A model generated the notes under the pieces. The model was not told the origin of the DNA. It made no database searches and saw only the letters and a list, made by a program, of their open reading frames with translations. A stretch of DNA of 64,000 nt, from positions 12,338,001-12,402,000 of the forward strand of contig JBHGNT010000014.1 in assembly GCA_043228905.1 (NCBI GenBank), read 5' to 3'. This DNA is from Azolla caroliniana. Taxonomy: Eukaryota > Plantae > Polypodiophyta. A program made the position numbers and the translations under genes. The first letter of the stretch is position 1; the number at the start of each line of letters is the position of its first letter. This document shows positions 62,487 through 64,000 of the stretch, piece by piece.

Positions 62487-64000
62487 TGTTGGGATTAAAG
62501 GCCCTTTACGTTTCTCTAACTAAACTAGAAAAAAGTTTGTATATCATTTAAAATTTTCTAATTTTTGTTAAATTTTTACAGTCTCATTTTCAGAACTATA
62601 CTACAACTTCTAAAAGAATATTTTGTACTTTGAATGGGATCCTTGGACAAGATTCCCACTCAGCATTTAAAGCTCTTCTTTTAAGAGCATATTCTATGTA
62701 TCTTGGATAGCACATATACATATACATATGTGTGTGTGCACTCCTACCCTGTATAATTTTGAAGTTGTACGCTTTTGTTTCGCATAACTGCTTCTACTTC
62801 TTTAATCCCTCCTATGTGTTAAACCCCATAATTGTTTTTAGTTTTTATATCTCTTCCTTTAGATATTTCAGAAAACTGTCATTCTATCCTCTACTTCATT
62901 ACAACTAGTATCAGACTGAGTGTTGCATCCTTTCAGGATCTCCATCTCTTAGTCTTCCACCTTGAATAAGTGGGAGTTTTTCTTTCATATTTATTCTGTA
63001 TTCCTTCTTTCACCATGGCAAATACATCAGCCAATGTTGGGGTAGAATTCAGGAAATTTGATGAGCACTAGATTTGACTTATGGAAAGTTAGAATGGAAA
63101 GCACACTTTACTTACATGGATGTGCAGAAGCATTGGAGGAAAACCAATCAGCTGGTATGGATGATGTAACTTAAAAACTGCTCAATCATAAGGCAGTTAC
63201 CCACATTTACATGGCAGTATCAGATGAAGTTTTAGGAAATATCAAGGGGCTGACTAGTGGTCATGAGGTATGGAGTCAACTATCCCAGTGAATCAAGTTA
63301 ACTTGATGAGAAGGCTCATCATTGCACGACTTGAAGATGCCAAGTCTGCAGCTTAACTCATTTCCACATTCAATGGTCTACTAAATCAACTTCAAGATGT
63401 GATTTGTTCCAAGGATTAAGAAGAGCTTTTATCTGTGGGATAGCTTGATTTACAAGGCTATTCTACAATCTTCACAAGTGAAGCATGGAAGATTGTACGT
63501 GGAACAAGACTTGTTGCCTGAGAAAGCAACAGAGGTACACTCTATTGCCTTTTAGGTTGAGCTCTTTCTGTCAATTCATTACAGTTGCGGAAGCAAAAAA
63601 TGGATTAGAATTGTGGCACAAAAGATTATGTCATATGAGCCAAAAGGGCTTGGCCATTCTACTCTCTTCTCAGAAGCTAGTGATCAAAAGTAATAAACGT
63701 GAGTTTTTTGCAATGATTACCTTTATAGAAAACAAGTAAGGGTTCTTATAATATTGGTTCTTCAGGAAAACATCACCACTTGAGATCATATACTCTTATT
63801 TATGAGCTACACCTACTAAATCCTTAGGATACTTCTTACATTTTGTAACTTTCATTGATTATTACTCCAAAAAGTGTTGAGCATATTGGCTAAAGGATAA
63901 GACAGAAGTGTTTGTTGTTTTCAGAAACCTTCATGCCTTTATCACTACTCCAATAGGTTTGAAACTGAAATGTCTAAGGACAAGCAATGGAGGAGAGTAT
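62487..64000 (+). mobile_element. Degenerate Copia element inside an intron of the hydrolase gene
   Basis: LTR ~62487-62903, decayed PBS TAGTATCAGA, gag relic from ~63017, LWHKRLCHMSQKGL, YFVTFIDYYSK. Confidence 0.78.

Overview
Eukaryotic (land-plant, probably non-seed plant) genomic DNA. Positions ~1-58,000 are a dense nest of decayed transposons: a Ty3/Gypsy family with a tRNA-Trp primer site (three pol-bearing copies, one gag-only copy, two solo LTRs, one LTR stub), at least seven Ty1/Copia copies, and a degenerate DDE DNA transposon (Sola2-like). The last ~4 kb hold five 3' exons of an alpha/beta-hydrolase gene (acyl-protein thioesterase/SOBER1-like, minus strand). The most notable biology is in the Gypsy family. 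(1) All three copies keep a G-GAU-UUU slippery site plus an H-type pseudoknot between protease and RT, predicting -1 frameshifting. (2) Its target sites are 4 bp and, allowing for deamination, centred on CpG, with serial insertion into relatives' LTRs. (3) Several LTRs carry an antisense tRNA-like A-box/B-box cassette. All calls were made by eye, with no database searches; lineage names are tentative.
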